Assembly (NCBI GenBank): GCA_036172245.1
Contig: JAYWIR010000001.1
Location: 8,370,001 to 8,434,000, forward strand
Direction of reading: 5' to 3'
Length of the DNA: 64,000 nucleotides
Origin: Raillietiella orientalis
Lineage: Eukaryota
The notes beneath the pieces are model-generated. The model searched no databases. It was not told the DNA's origin and was given only the letters and a program-made list of their open reading frames with translations. This document shows positions 13,648-25,734 of this stretch, piece after piece. How positions within the stretch are numbered: the stretch's first letter is position 1; every line of letters starts with the position of its first letter. The translations under genes and the position numbers were made by a program.

Positions 13648-13969
13648 GAACATACACAAAGCCTGGTGCTGTCTCATGGGAAAAAGGAAAACAAAATATA
13701 GGTTTTTTTAATACGAACGTAATCACCTTTAATCATTTTGAAACGTGCCAAGTACAGCATCGGACAAATCATTTTCAAAATCAAAACAGTAGATGGAATG
13801 TTCTAAACATTTCAGGCCAGATTTTCCGAAGTTTAAACAAATATTCCATTAGGATGCGATTTGTAGAGTAGATAATTTAACAGATGCTATGATTGTATTT
13901 GCTAAAGTGTGTTCTCCACAAAAAACTAATGTTACTTAACTTACTGGAAACCACGCACAGTTAAGAACA

Positions 13970-14345
13970 GTTCGGACCGGCGCACGTGGAGTTTTGACCT
14001 CCGAGCTGCCTCGTCCATACTTTGCGCCCACCTTCCACCGACGTCCGCGCACTGTTAGCACCACTTCGTTCTGTGCCGTGCCACCACCCACATTTCGTTT
14101 GGCCAGTGGGAGATCCTCCCCCCCTTCCCCCCACTGGGTTCGAAACCGGCAACGCGCGAATCGCCAGACTCCGGCCAGAGGGATGGGCCCAGAAGAAGCC
14201 CATCTCCCTGGCAATGAAAGCGAACCGATTCAAACACGTCTTTTGCGGCCGAGATTCGCAACCAGCCTCACGTGGTGTGCGCGCGTGTACAAAACACGCG
14301 CATGTATACGTACTGTCAAGGGCGTTCGTTGTCCCATGCTTCTCG
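13970..14345 (+). repeat. Copy A of a ~380-bp near-identical inverted duplication
   Basis: Reverse complement of 21148-21527 with only a few substitutions and two small indels; the ORF track gives identical translations. Confidence 0.95.
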
Positions 14346-16413
14346 AAGTCTTCAAAAAAACAAATGTGTTTTGTTTTGCGTGGAATACGTCCACTCCCTA
14401 AGTGATTAGCAAGTGAGGACGACGAATGAGATGAATCAGGATGAAAGAGTTTCTGGAACCAGAAAATTTCCGAGTCACTGGCAGCGGTTCACGATAGGGG
14501 CATCTGGGTTTCACAGAAGACACGTGACATTCCTACATCAAAAGTGTTTTTTTAACCTTATTCTCCAATTAGAAGAATCCCGATAAACCGGTGTCGAGAC
14601 GAGACAAACGGATAATCTGGATTCGTCTTCCATTGCTCAAACTCCGAAAATGAGAAACCCATTGCTTATCAAGAGTTTCCTTTCTAGAGAACTTCAGTTC
14701 CATTTTTTTTGGTGGTGATGCATCATGGGAAACTTTCTCAGGTTCTAGGGGTTTCCCTGAGCCTCCCATGTTTCCCGGGTGTGAATGTGGCTACTGCATG
14801 TTTTTCTGGAAGACCTTTCTGGTATTTACCAGCGCGATTGACCAACTTATTGCTTGTCCGAGGCTGAGGGAGCAGAGATCTCTTGCAGTGAATGCATCCT
14901 GGTTATGAATTCTTCTCCCGACGTCTATTTCGCCCGTTCCGAAAGACTGCCGTAGACGCAGGAACACTACGCTTCCTGCTTCATTGACTCATGAGAAGGG
15001 CCACACTGCATCTGAAGTAACACAGGAAGCATTTTACCTTTCCTGCTTTCAATTGAATCTTTCCAAATAACTGCAAGTAAATATACAGTTCTCTCTGAAT
15101 TTTTTCCGTCTGTCGCTAAATCGGCACTCTATCGAAACTACCTCTACTTTCAATACCTCTACTTTCAAGCGCAGAGTGCGGTGGATTCTGAACAGAAGCG
15201 AAAAGGGAATTTTGCTTTTCTTTGTAGAGAAAGGCAGCTTTCTGATTTTTTTCTTTTTCTTGGTTTTTTGTTCTTCTGCTCGCAGTTTGGTTGGCTGAGA
15301 GTGTCCTCTCTCGAGTACTTTTGTCGGTAATTTGATCTACAGGTGACTCTGATTCCGATACAAATCAAAAACTTTCAAGATGTCAACATGGGCCCAATCC
15401 CCTTGAGGGACACACTGCTCAACATTTTGTGTAGTCTTCTGTAATTACTATGGAAGAAAAAAATGAAAGGGAAATTCCCTTTCAATACTTTCCAGAGAAC
15501 TGCAAGCGGAATTTTGCAAAATAAGTCCATGGAACGAATTTTCACTGGTTATGGCCGTTTTACGTTTCTTGATTTCGTGAAATTAAATAATTTGTGGTGG
15601 GTGCACGAAGGAATCCCTACAGGAAAGCCGCTTGGATTTTGCAAGTACTCGACTGGGGTTAAGTGGACAACTTTGGATGTTTCATCCATGATTTCTGGGC
15701 GCTAGCTGCCTGCCGTCTTTAAAGCCTTCCTTAAGGATTCCGGGGATAATTCTCACCTGGACTTGCATGGAGGATGCCACACGACAAGAGGACGCACTCC
15801 ATAGCGACAGTTGAAGCGGTTCCACACGATCCGTACATAAGGCATTCGAGTACTCTGGAATTATGCTTATGTATTCGGTCATGAGGTGGATGATGGACCG
15901 CACACATCGCGCCAGAATCGGGAAAGGGGGGGAATATCACTTGCTGATAGTTCCTCGAATGTAATGCATTACATACGCTGCATTACATTCGAGGATCACA
16001 TACTTTTTCATCGCGTGGTTCTGTGAAAAATCGGATTGTCTTCGTTTTATGCAAAACACTCCCGAAGACACAACTTGAGAAACAAAAAGTCGCTGGCAAG
16101 GTTTTCCCTGACGGTCATTTTAGTGCTACTGGTCTTTCAGCCAATTGAAGTGGGATTCCCGATCACACGCTACAGTTAAGAAGCAAAGGATTAGCTTAGC
16201 AGCATTCGATGCCAACGCTTTTCATTGACTAAGCGAAACTCTCCAACAGCACAGTCTGAAAGAATTGTTTCTGAAAATACTGAAGCTTAGTTACCAAGGA
16301 GAAAGAAAAAAAATCTTGAAAGTTCAATGGTGCCTACATTCAACCTTGGCAGACATGCGAATCTAATTCCGTTTACATTCCGTTGACTCTTCTGTACTAC
16401 ATTGCATGATTGC

Positions 16414-19400
16414 ATGATGCTCGAAACACGAAGACGTAGAAGCAAAGTACAAATTTTGGGCGAACACAGGCTTTTCGCGCCTGATACTCAGATGTCTTCC
16501 TACCTTAAAGAAAGACATCACAAGGAGAAAAGCATTTGGCTAGAGTGGTCGCAAAACTGGAGGAAACAGGTTTCAAGCCCAAATGGCATGCCATTAATCC
16601 CCGACCTGGTATACTATGACTTAAGTGCAGACCTTAGTGATCTCTGCAAACCAGATGCACGGAATCAGATTAAAGAGGAAATACGAGCGTTGGACTCATC
16701 CGGCAAGAAAGCGCTTGCATTTCAGGCATCTTGCCCAGAATGGCAAACTTCTTTCGATCAGCCCATGAAACCCGTTCCCTTGGAAACACGTGTGCTCATA
16801 TATTCAGGTAGGAAAGCGTTGAGGTTGTGATAGCAGGTGTGGACCGTGACTGACGGCACGATCCGATAACGTGCCCGAAATCCACTTGACGACTTGCTCT
16901 GGCATGGTTTGATTCCCTTGGTCAAGGGAAACACGTCCGCAACTTACTGTTCTAAAGCATTCTAAGGTGAAAGCTCTGACTCAGCAGCAATGCGAATTCG
17001 GTCCACCTAATCTATCCATCTTATCTTTCCCCTTTCGGCATAGCGGAAAAGCAAAACATGCCTTTGCTAGTTGAACAATCATGGATTCGGCTTAAACTCT
17101 ATGAACGTTTTTTTTTTTCTTTTGTATCCTCTATGAATCCTCTCAACGTTGCAGGATAAAGCCATCAAACCATGGACTTTGCCGTCGAACAACTCGGCAA
17201 CTTCGCTTCACGTGTTTTATCGGCAATATGTCGCTGCGTCCTCGATGTCGTCCGTACTGTGACGAGAACAAGCATCCATGTCTCAGTTTCGCGGTCCATG
17301 CAAACCGGATGCAGGCGTCATTAAGATAAACTGCAGGTTGCCAAGAACGCAAATTGTTTTTCATCCTCATAAGCCAGCTGCTGGTGGCGGAAATGACCAA
17401 TGCGATTGTCTCCTGCCGTAAAGATGAGTCAGCGAAGTTTACTGAGCATCTCTGCTTTCGGAACTTAGAAACATGGTAGCACAACAACACAGCTCGAGGC
17501 GTGCATATACACTCGCGTACACGGGAAGCAAGCAAACAAACAAACAAAAAACAACAACAACAACAGGAAAAGAAGTGAAATAGAGGACCTCCGTATCGAG
17601 AGCAGGTGCGTCGGATGGGCAACCCTTTTCCCGAGTCACAAAGACAACCAGTGGGTGCAAGAGCGCTGCACGAGCCCCGGCAGCCAACGTCGATTTGCTC
17701 TCCCCAGATCGAGATGGCGGGTTTTCGAGATGTGAAGTCTCATTTTCTTCTCGAAAGAAGGACTTAGGCGCATCCCATCCTAGGTGTGCGCTCACTCCTC
17801 GTGTGGAACCCGAGAGACTTCGTTCTGTTCACGTCGCCTACGATTTTTTTTTTCCTGGAATTTCACGATGGTGCCGTGCTCGTTCTTGAGCAGGGAAACG
17901 ACCAAGGAAGAGAGGACAGAATTTTCTTTTGTTTCCTCCTCCCCTCTTCTTTATAAATTGCTTTTGTAATTTTTCTTGGTTTGCACATTGTTTCCCGTTT
18001 GAAACTGCAGTCATTTCAGGAATTGCAACATTCTTAAAATTTCGGCACGGGCGGGAGAGATTAGTGGACTCGGAGGAAACCTTGAAGACGCGGCATGTCG
18101 TGAGAGGAAATACTCCGTGCACTGAGGAAAGGGGCTGAATACCTGAAAGGAATTCCCGGAGTCGCTTTCGTGGGGGAGGAAGTGGGGGGGGGGGGGGAAG
18201 AGGATTAACTGGGAACCCGTATTCCTAGTGTGCTGCCTCCAGTTGCGAATGAAGCCCTCAACGTGAATCGACTGATAGCGGAAGTCTGTCCCGAACGAAC
18301 CCTGAGGATGAGAGTGCAGCCATCACCACCATTATCACGGCGAGCAAGAGCAATGCGATTCGGATTCAAGATTTTCGAATACATCTGGTGCCCGCAGTCT
18401 CTTCTTCACAAAGAAGAGCTCCTTCACATCGTCTCTCGGAGCAGAGACGAGATGTGTGACGTGAGAAGTCCGGTGGACCTTTGCAGCGCGAAGACAGGGT
18501 GTTGTTGGATTTCATGGAGCAGAGCTCTTGCTGGCTTCACGGACCGCACGAGCTCTGCAGCTGGGATCGGCAGGAAAGAAAAATTGCTCGAGGAAGTTCG
18601 GGAACGGTTTCAGGATTTCCGAAACCGAAATGCTTAAGGGAGGGCAAAGTACCTAACGGGAAAGCAGCCTCAAGGCCCGGCCGGATATCAGATCCAGGTC
18701 ACACTCGAAATGACGCGAGAACTCACCACCCGACGATCGCATCCTCTCTTTGCGTGCACCGATCTCTTCACGAATCTGGGGCTGTGAAGAATGAGGAACA
18801 GGGAAACGGGGAGCCGAGCTTATGGACGGGTTGTCTCTGGGAGGGTGGAAAATGAGGAGAGGGAAGCCAAAGCTGTTTGCAGTTCCAAGGGCGTCAAAGG
18901 AGGGTCAATGGAGCAGGATCTCGCAGGGAGTCATCCTACCTCCAGGTTCTATCAGGAGATGGAAATGCTCGCAGGTGCGTGAGGAAGGAGGAGGAAGGAA
19001 GAAAACTCCCTTTTTCGTTCTCCTGAAGAAAGAGCGGGAGGATGTGGAAAACAGGAAGATGCCGAAAACTTCCTCGAAAAAATGGGAAATCCCAGCATTA
19101 TTCGAATTCTTGACGCGGATGGTGAGCTTCGCCTTGCGTTTTTCTGCATCCATTCCGGGAAATCCTCCACGTCGGAACGCTTCGCCCAGAACTTCGTGCG
19201 AGAGGGATGTTCCTTGGTATAAGATAAGCATCCGTTTCACGTCTCAGTGACGCAAAGTGGGATACTGTTCGTTCCTCTAGAGGGATGCTGAAGCTCTTCT
19301 GGCCTGCTGGATCCGAGAAGGAAAACGTCTCTGGCGGGAATTTTTTGCTTTCGTTTCCCTTTCCCCCTTCCCCTCTCGTTGCGGAATACGACCCTGAAAG

Positions 19401-22035
19401 ATAATTTCGGCTTACACGGAGGAGTCCCCGCGTTTGAGAGCGGCAGTCACGGTCTCGTGTTCCTCCCAGCGTCCTCTGAGAAAGCGCTGCGACCTCTCTG
19501 TTGCACGATACCTCTTGCCGAGTCTGCATGGATGACTGTTGAGCAGAGCACAGGTCTCCGCTCCTTCTTGTCCGTCATTTCGTCTCGCTTCCGCTTCCAA
19601 GAGCGGAGCCTAGCCGAAAAAGTAACCTCACCCGTTTGAAGAGGGTCCTCCGCAGCAAACCACACAGATTTCTGGTGGCCCTCTGTCTCCCGGTTGTGAA
19701 AATGGAGCCGTCCACCTCGTAGCATGAAGCTGGAGCTGGAGAACCTCTCCAGAGTGTGGAGAAGTGCTGCCCACTCATCCTGATTCGGACGAAAAGCTTT
19801 GTATCCACTTTCCCATCTTGCCGAGTCTTTTTATCTGTCGGACGCAACGTCCTCCGCGTGACTCTGGTGTTCTCTTTCTCTTGAGGATGCATCGAAAGTC
19901 GATAGACTCCTCGGCAGGGTGGATGGCAGCAATGGACCGTGTGCCAAAGGCCAAAAACTTCGATTGTGAAACTGGCCCCTTACGTTGCTAATGACTATGG
20001 TTGCCAAGGCGAAACGTGTTGGCGGCATTCACTCGTTAACCGCAAGAATTCGCCCCTATCATTCACCCAGTGACCGTTTTCCTGACTCTTGGCATCCTGG
20101 ATTGATGGGCCCCGTTCTCGTAGGCATTCGTTCCCAAGACAGGAAGACAGTCCCTTGTCCGTTGTCCGGGCTCGAGAGTGAAAGTGAAGTTGGGGCTGAT
20201 CGCTGCGGGTTTTGCGTGCAGAAAATTTCGCCTTCGGCTGTCGTCGCTGCTTCTTCAGAGCGCAAACCAGCAGGGAGTTCCGTGAACCCAGAGCCATACC
20301 CCCCGAAGAAAGGAAAAGCGCACGGACGAAAGGGGAAGAACCTATCGAGACTCCCTGGAATCGGAGAAGGAAGATGAGGAGAGAGAGAGGGGGAGGGGGA
20401 AAGAGGGTGAATCCCTAAATTCTCCTGTTGGGTCGAGTTGAGAAGTCACTTTGATCTTAGCCAGAAGGCCGAGTTGCGAAGTCGTCACCGAACGTTCAGA
20501 GAACGCAAAAGGAAACTGCGAAAGCGCGCGCGCGCGCGCGCGCGATCCAGGGTGTGGACGGAGAGAGCGCATGCCCGTCGGACAGCGATGAAGCCACGAG
20601 GGCCGCAGGGCAGAAACCGAGATTCTCCTTGTGCCACGTCCCTCAGACGCCGGTCATGCTCCCAAGTCGAGCCTCCGGAACCGTGCGTGGACCCCAATTT
20701 GATCGAAGCCGTCGATCCAGGCCGGGCCTTCGCAGACTGCGTCCGCGGGCTATCGATCAATCTTTTGCCGGCACGAAGCGAGTGACATGCCAAGTTGCAT
20801 GACTGCCGGCCTACTAATCACTCTTCTGAATCAATACCTACCGGGAAAGAGGTGGAGCAGGAAGGGAAAAGGGGGGATGGAGGGACAATTAGTATTTCTT
20901 AAATAATTCAGTGTCGTGCAAATAAAGGATTTCGATTGACCAATCACGTTCGTACGAGCCCTCAACCAACCAGTTTCGGTCCCCATATGGCATTACTAAG
21001 GCAGGTGTTCCAACAGCTACCAGGTGACTTTTCGGGGCATTTTGTGTGTCTTGCACGTCTTCCCCAAAGCGACTGCGGCGGAGTTGCCAAAGCCTCCTTT
21101 GAAGCGCTTCTTTCGTGCTTTCAGCGTGAAGTGCAAGAACCACGGGACGAGGAGCATGGGACAACGAACGCCCTTGACAGTACGTATACATGCGCGTGTT
21201 TTGTACACGCGCGCACACCACGTGAGGCTGGTTGCGTTGAATCTCGGCCGCAAAAGACGTGTTTCGAATTGGTTCGCTTTCATTGCCAGGGAGATGGGCT
21301 TCTTCTGGGCCCATCCCTCTGGCCGGAGTCTGGCGATTCGCGCGTTGCCGGTTTCGAACCCAGTGGGGGGAAGGGGGGGAGGATCTCCCACTGGCCAAAC
21401 GAAATGTGGGTGGTGGCACGGCACAGAACGAAGTGGTGCTAACAGTGCGCGGACGTCGGTGGAAGGTGGGCGCAAAGTATGGACGAGGCAGCTCGGAGGT
21501 CAAAACTCCACGTGCGCCGGTCCGAACCGTTTACTGCGCAAAGCCACCGTGGCCCCGCGAATCTCCACCCGCATCCCGAGTGTCGAGATGTGTGATGCTG
21601 ACTTTCTCCTCGGCGCCTGCAGCAGTTGGGATCGCCCGGTAGTTGTGGAAACCTCCTTCCGGTCGTTTCCCGAGCCGTGCCCTTCGCGCACGCCATGAAA
21701 TCCCGAAGCGCGGCGCCTCGCTCGCAGCTGCTTCTGTTGCGCCCCGCACCCGTTGCTGATGACCGCTGTTCTTTCCAGGGCTTTTCTCCGACAAGGGCAG
21801 CCGCAGGTACCTGAAAGCGCGATCTGCGCTGGATCCGCAGCAGAGATTCAACATGCCTCTGCTGGAGTCGCACCAGTACGGCTGGCACGGCCACCGTCCC
21901 ACCGCCGGAGGAGAGCGTAGTCGAAGAGCGCCCCAAAGGTCCTCCAGGAATCTTCTGGGCCTCGTGGAAACTCACCGAGAGCAATCAGAGAGGGACCGCG
22001 AAAAGACTGAGTACCGGTCGCAGTACCACGGATGA
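16414..22035 (+). CDS. SPMIP1: SPMIP1/ATP6V1FNB-like microtubule inner protein; exons 16414-16807 and 21779-22035, ~216 aa
   Basis: Exon 1 ends PMKPVPLETRVLIYS-G|gtagg. Exon 2 follows ttctttccag and continues in matching phase 1: G-LFSDKGSRRYLKARSALDPQQRFNMPLLESHQYGWH. This fits the family pattern M-x-P-V...LLY-x-G...RYL...P-x-x-R/K-F/Y-x-x-P...YGW. The N-terminal YLKERHHKEKSIWLEW also fits. Identified from memory of the family. Confidence 0.8.
20447..20480 (-). pseudogene. RNU2: 5' fragment (nt ~1-34) of U2 snRNA
   Basis: Minus strand reads TTCGCAACTCGGCCTTCTGGCTAAGATCAAAGTG, against recalled invertebrate U2 ATCGCTTCTCGGCCTT(T/A)TGGCTAAGATCAAAGTG: 30/34 identical. The match stops at the branch-point recognition sequence GTAGTA. 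No Sm site or 3' half follows. Confidence 0.8.
20524..20544. repeat. (GC)10 tract, potential Z-DNA; a shorter (GC)7 lies at 315-329
   Basis: Read directly. Confidence 0.9.
21148..21527 (-). repeat. Copy B of the ~380-bp inverted duplication, inside the SPMIP1-like intron
   Basis: Reverse complement of 13970-14345. Confidence 0.95.
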
Positions 22036-23269
22036 GGGTCTGCTGTAGGCGACCGGGGAAGCGGGCGTTCGCCCACCCGCGCGTTCCTCCGCCTCGCCCG
22101 CCGCCTACCTCGCCCTCAGTCCGGCCAACGGAAGCGCCACCTCCGCGCCTCTCGTTCGCCTCGAATGCAGCAGTGCCTTCAACCCTCTCCCTATCCAATG
22201 GTCTCTTCGGACCCGCTAATTTTCCCGCCCTTATCGACCGTCCAACGATCCGCCGCCAACTCCGCACACCGAGAGGATGGCACCACAGTTTTCCCCACGA
22301 GCCGTCACGTAGGTCCAGCTATCGCACCGAGAGGAAGGAGAAGCTGATTCCTTCTGCGTGCTCCTTTCACTCCTCACCGGCACGGATTTGCGATCATTTC
22401 GCAGCCCTCCCTCGCGGATGGCCTCACGGCGGAAGAAACCACAAGTTCATTCAGCAAAAGAGCGCGAGATGCGTGATGAAATAAAGCACCATCTCCCAAA
22501 GAATTTAACTTTTCTTCCCCCCTCCTCTCTTCTCCTTTTTTTTCTTCTAGAGACGGTTGTTCCCTTGGCATTCCAGGGCAGGACGCTCTCGAAGATGAAA
22601 GTAGCCATGGTTGCAACGAGAGAGGAGAGGGATCCCGTGGCATCCTCCAGAAGCGATTTCCCTGGTTTTTGAATAGGCCGAAAGGAAGGAAGCGACGCCA
22701 TCCTCTTCGACGAAGTCCCCGTAGAGTCTGCCTCGTACGGGTATGCTGGAGGGCACGCAGGAAGCGTGAGGACCCAGGAACTGAGCTCACGTTTTGCAGC
22801 AGGACCTCGGATGCTTTATCCTTTGGCAGCAGCGTGCGTTCCACTGCATCTCCTCTCAGTGTCCTTCAGGGAGAGGGAGCTCATTTCTGCCGCAGCCGTC
22901 ACCCCCCTTCTCCTCTGGGGGAGAGGCTGCTTCCACGCGTCCACGGCAGCGTCCAGTGGGTTTCCACAACGTCTCTCAGATCTCGCCGTACGTTCGGATC
23001 CCTTCCGTTTTATCGCGGGATGACTTCGAGAGGAGCCCTCAGATGCGAGTGCTCGCGAACACTCCGCCGTCACGGTGCGGTGCTTTTTCGGCGCTGGTCC
23101 TACGCTCAGCGAAGCAGTCCTGACGCAGCCACGAAGATGAAAGGAGGAGGACATTGCTTCAGTCGGGGGGGACGTGACACGGATCTGGGGGAAATCGTCG
23201 GTGCTTCTCTCTCTCTGGCCTGCCGGGATGGCAGTAACCCGTAAGTCCTGACCACCAGGGTGCACGGAC

Positions 23270-23690
23270 TCCCCCTCTCAGGAAGACTACTTCATGCCCT
23301 CCTCGGGCGATGTGCCCGTTGCCGCCAGACCAAGTCCCAGTCGTGGTCAGGCTTTCCAAGCGGCTGAGCAGGAAGGCAGCTCGATGCCTGTGTCCCTGCA
23401 CACGATGTGAAAGCAGCCCTGCCGGCACTCTGGCCCCACAAGGGAGGGAGTCAACCATACGTAGGTCGCATCGGACCTCCGGTCTCAGAGCAAACCTCAG
23501 ATCTTTAGTGCCAACGGGACCGGGGAGACTTGAAGACATCCGAAAGGCTCCCGCCGCCTTCCTGGAGTCCAGCATCATCTCACCAGTCCTCCCGGGGGAA
23601 CGAAGAGGGATCCCAAACCTCCAGGTCACAAGAGCATGCCTCGGATTTCAGCACTGTCGTCTACCAAGAAACGGCGCCCATCAAAGCGCC
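23270..23690 (+). mobile_element. Possible older L1-clade ORF2 remnant; may continue at 25330-25730 beyond the AT-rich insertion
   Basis: LEDIRKAPAAFL...LPGERRGIPNL resembles the post-RT FLW...P..GG.G+P.L region. 25330-25730 gives GKCSLCHG, which is zf-RVT-like. Weak, by eye. Confidence 0.3.
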
Positions 23691-23694
23691 GAAT

Positions 23695-25330
23695 GATCTT
23701 AAAAATAGATACGCATGCTCATTATGTAAATTTACAGATAGAGTGATGTATAGATTAATGTATATTATAAATATTATAATAAATAAATAAATATGTGTAT
23801 TATACGCATTAATATGCATATTGATATATAAATTAGCAGATAGATAAATACATTTTCTAAAGATCATGAAATATATGCACTTTTTATGAATACTGATACT
23901 GGTCAGGAAGCGTCTGCTCCTTCCCGTTCGTGACGTCCTCCTCTTCGGAGAAGAATACGGGAAAAAGGCAATCGTGAGGAAGTTCGAATACAATTTTATA
24001 TCGCATCATCACACTATCATTATTTTTGCTTTTGTAATGCTACTAAATTTGCTCATTTGATTATGAAAATTCGTGTTCCTGTTTAACGATTTGGTTTCTT
24101 TCATTTAATTGTCCGAAGTTTTTTTTTTTTCTTTCTATTTCGACTACCCCTCTCGATAGAATGAACAACAGTCCATAAAGGCGACAACATTTTTGCAATT
24201 TTGATTGCAGCAAAGGTGGCCATGTCGAATGTGCACTCTACATATTCGTTTATTTATACGCAGATTAATGTACAAATCTATTTTAGCATGCATACTTATT
24301 CATACAGTTGATGTCGAAATCCCGAAAATGGAATCGGTCGTTCCGGGAGGAAAGTCCTCCCATTTGCGGACTGCTGGAAAAGGAAAACCAAAATTTCTCT
24401 TTTGGCCTTTCGATGTGTCTGACTTTTTTCTTATTTATTTCCACCTTTTAGAGTGCCGCAAGTGTTTTTTGCATGTCTTGAAATTCGATATTTGCACATT
24501 CATTTAATACATACTTATCGTATTTATAATTGTATACTGGTATGTATCGTGAACAGATGCATTAATTTTTCACAATCATTAGCATCGTATATGTGAATAA
24601 CACATATTAATACATATGCTTATTATATAACTAAATACGAACGTTAAGATAAATTTGTATATTAATCTGCATATGAATATATACATCAGTATACGTAAAA
24701 GGTGTACATATTTATTTTTTTATAATCTTCATAACATGTATTTATCTATATGCTAATTTACACACGAGTATGCATATGTAATAAGCATATGTAATTATTT
24801 TTCATGTTCTTCATGATACATATTTATCTATTTGCAAATCTATATATAGATTGACATGTATATCGACAATTTATTATGCTAATGTATTATATCAATAACA
24901 ATATGATGATTTATCATTTATGATAATTTATAATCTGTTCATTGTGTATATTTATGTATAAGCCATAATAAAATGAAATTAATATATGGTCAAGATTATA
25001 TATAATATATAATTAGCATAATAAATTATGCTAAGGACATGTTTTTAACATAATTTATAATCTGTTTATTATATGTATCTATATATAGATTAATAAATAC
25101 TAATAAATACATATTTTTTTTAATAGTTTTACCATCAATAACATGTAGGTTGATAAATGTGAGTAAATATGTATGCTAAAATAAATTAGCCGTATATGAA
25201 TCTCTATATAAAGATGTATATTAATGTCCATAATAAGCATACATATTTATTTTGTTATAATCTTTATAACATATATCTGCCTATACGTTAATCCGTGTAA
25301 ATATTAATATGTATATATATAATGAACAGA
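23695..25330. repeat. Cluster of fragments of the same AT-rich foldback family (23695-23900, 24235-24310, 24500-25330)
   Basis: Recurrent unit AATAAGCATA..ATATTTATTTT..ATAATCTT.AT in both orientations. Block AAAT(T/C)TGTA(T/C)A..AATCTGC is shared with 40325-41105. Confidence 0.7.
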
Positions 25331-25734
25331 TGCATTTATTTTAAGCCCAGCAAAATTCCGTCCTCCAGCTTCGCTCTTCACCCCCCACGGAAGTGCGGTC
25401 CTCGGAGGGGGACTCTCGCTGCAAAGCGCTGTGCCCGGAAGGGGTGCCGAACGAAATCCTCCGGCAAGAGGGGGTCGTCGACCCGACCGGGAGGCAAGTG
25501 TTCCCTGTGCCACGGACCGGATGGGAATCCCCTCCGTGTGGATGGACTGCATGCGGAGCCAGAGACGAACGAGGAAAACTTGGGCCTCGGGGACCCCACG
25601 GCACGGACGGAGCTCGTACTCGGAGAACCCAGGGAGCCAGCTGCAAGCTCTGCCTCGAGGAGATTGATCAGGAGGGCTTGGTGCCGGGCAAAGAAACGGA
25701 GTGGCATCCCGAAAGTGGGGATGCTTGGAAGGGA

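Noticed and set aside
13970..21527. Inverted copies as TIRs of a 7.6-kb DNA transposon
   Set aside because: No TSD and no transposase between them; the interval contains exon 1 of a host gene whose exon 2 lies outside.
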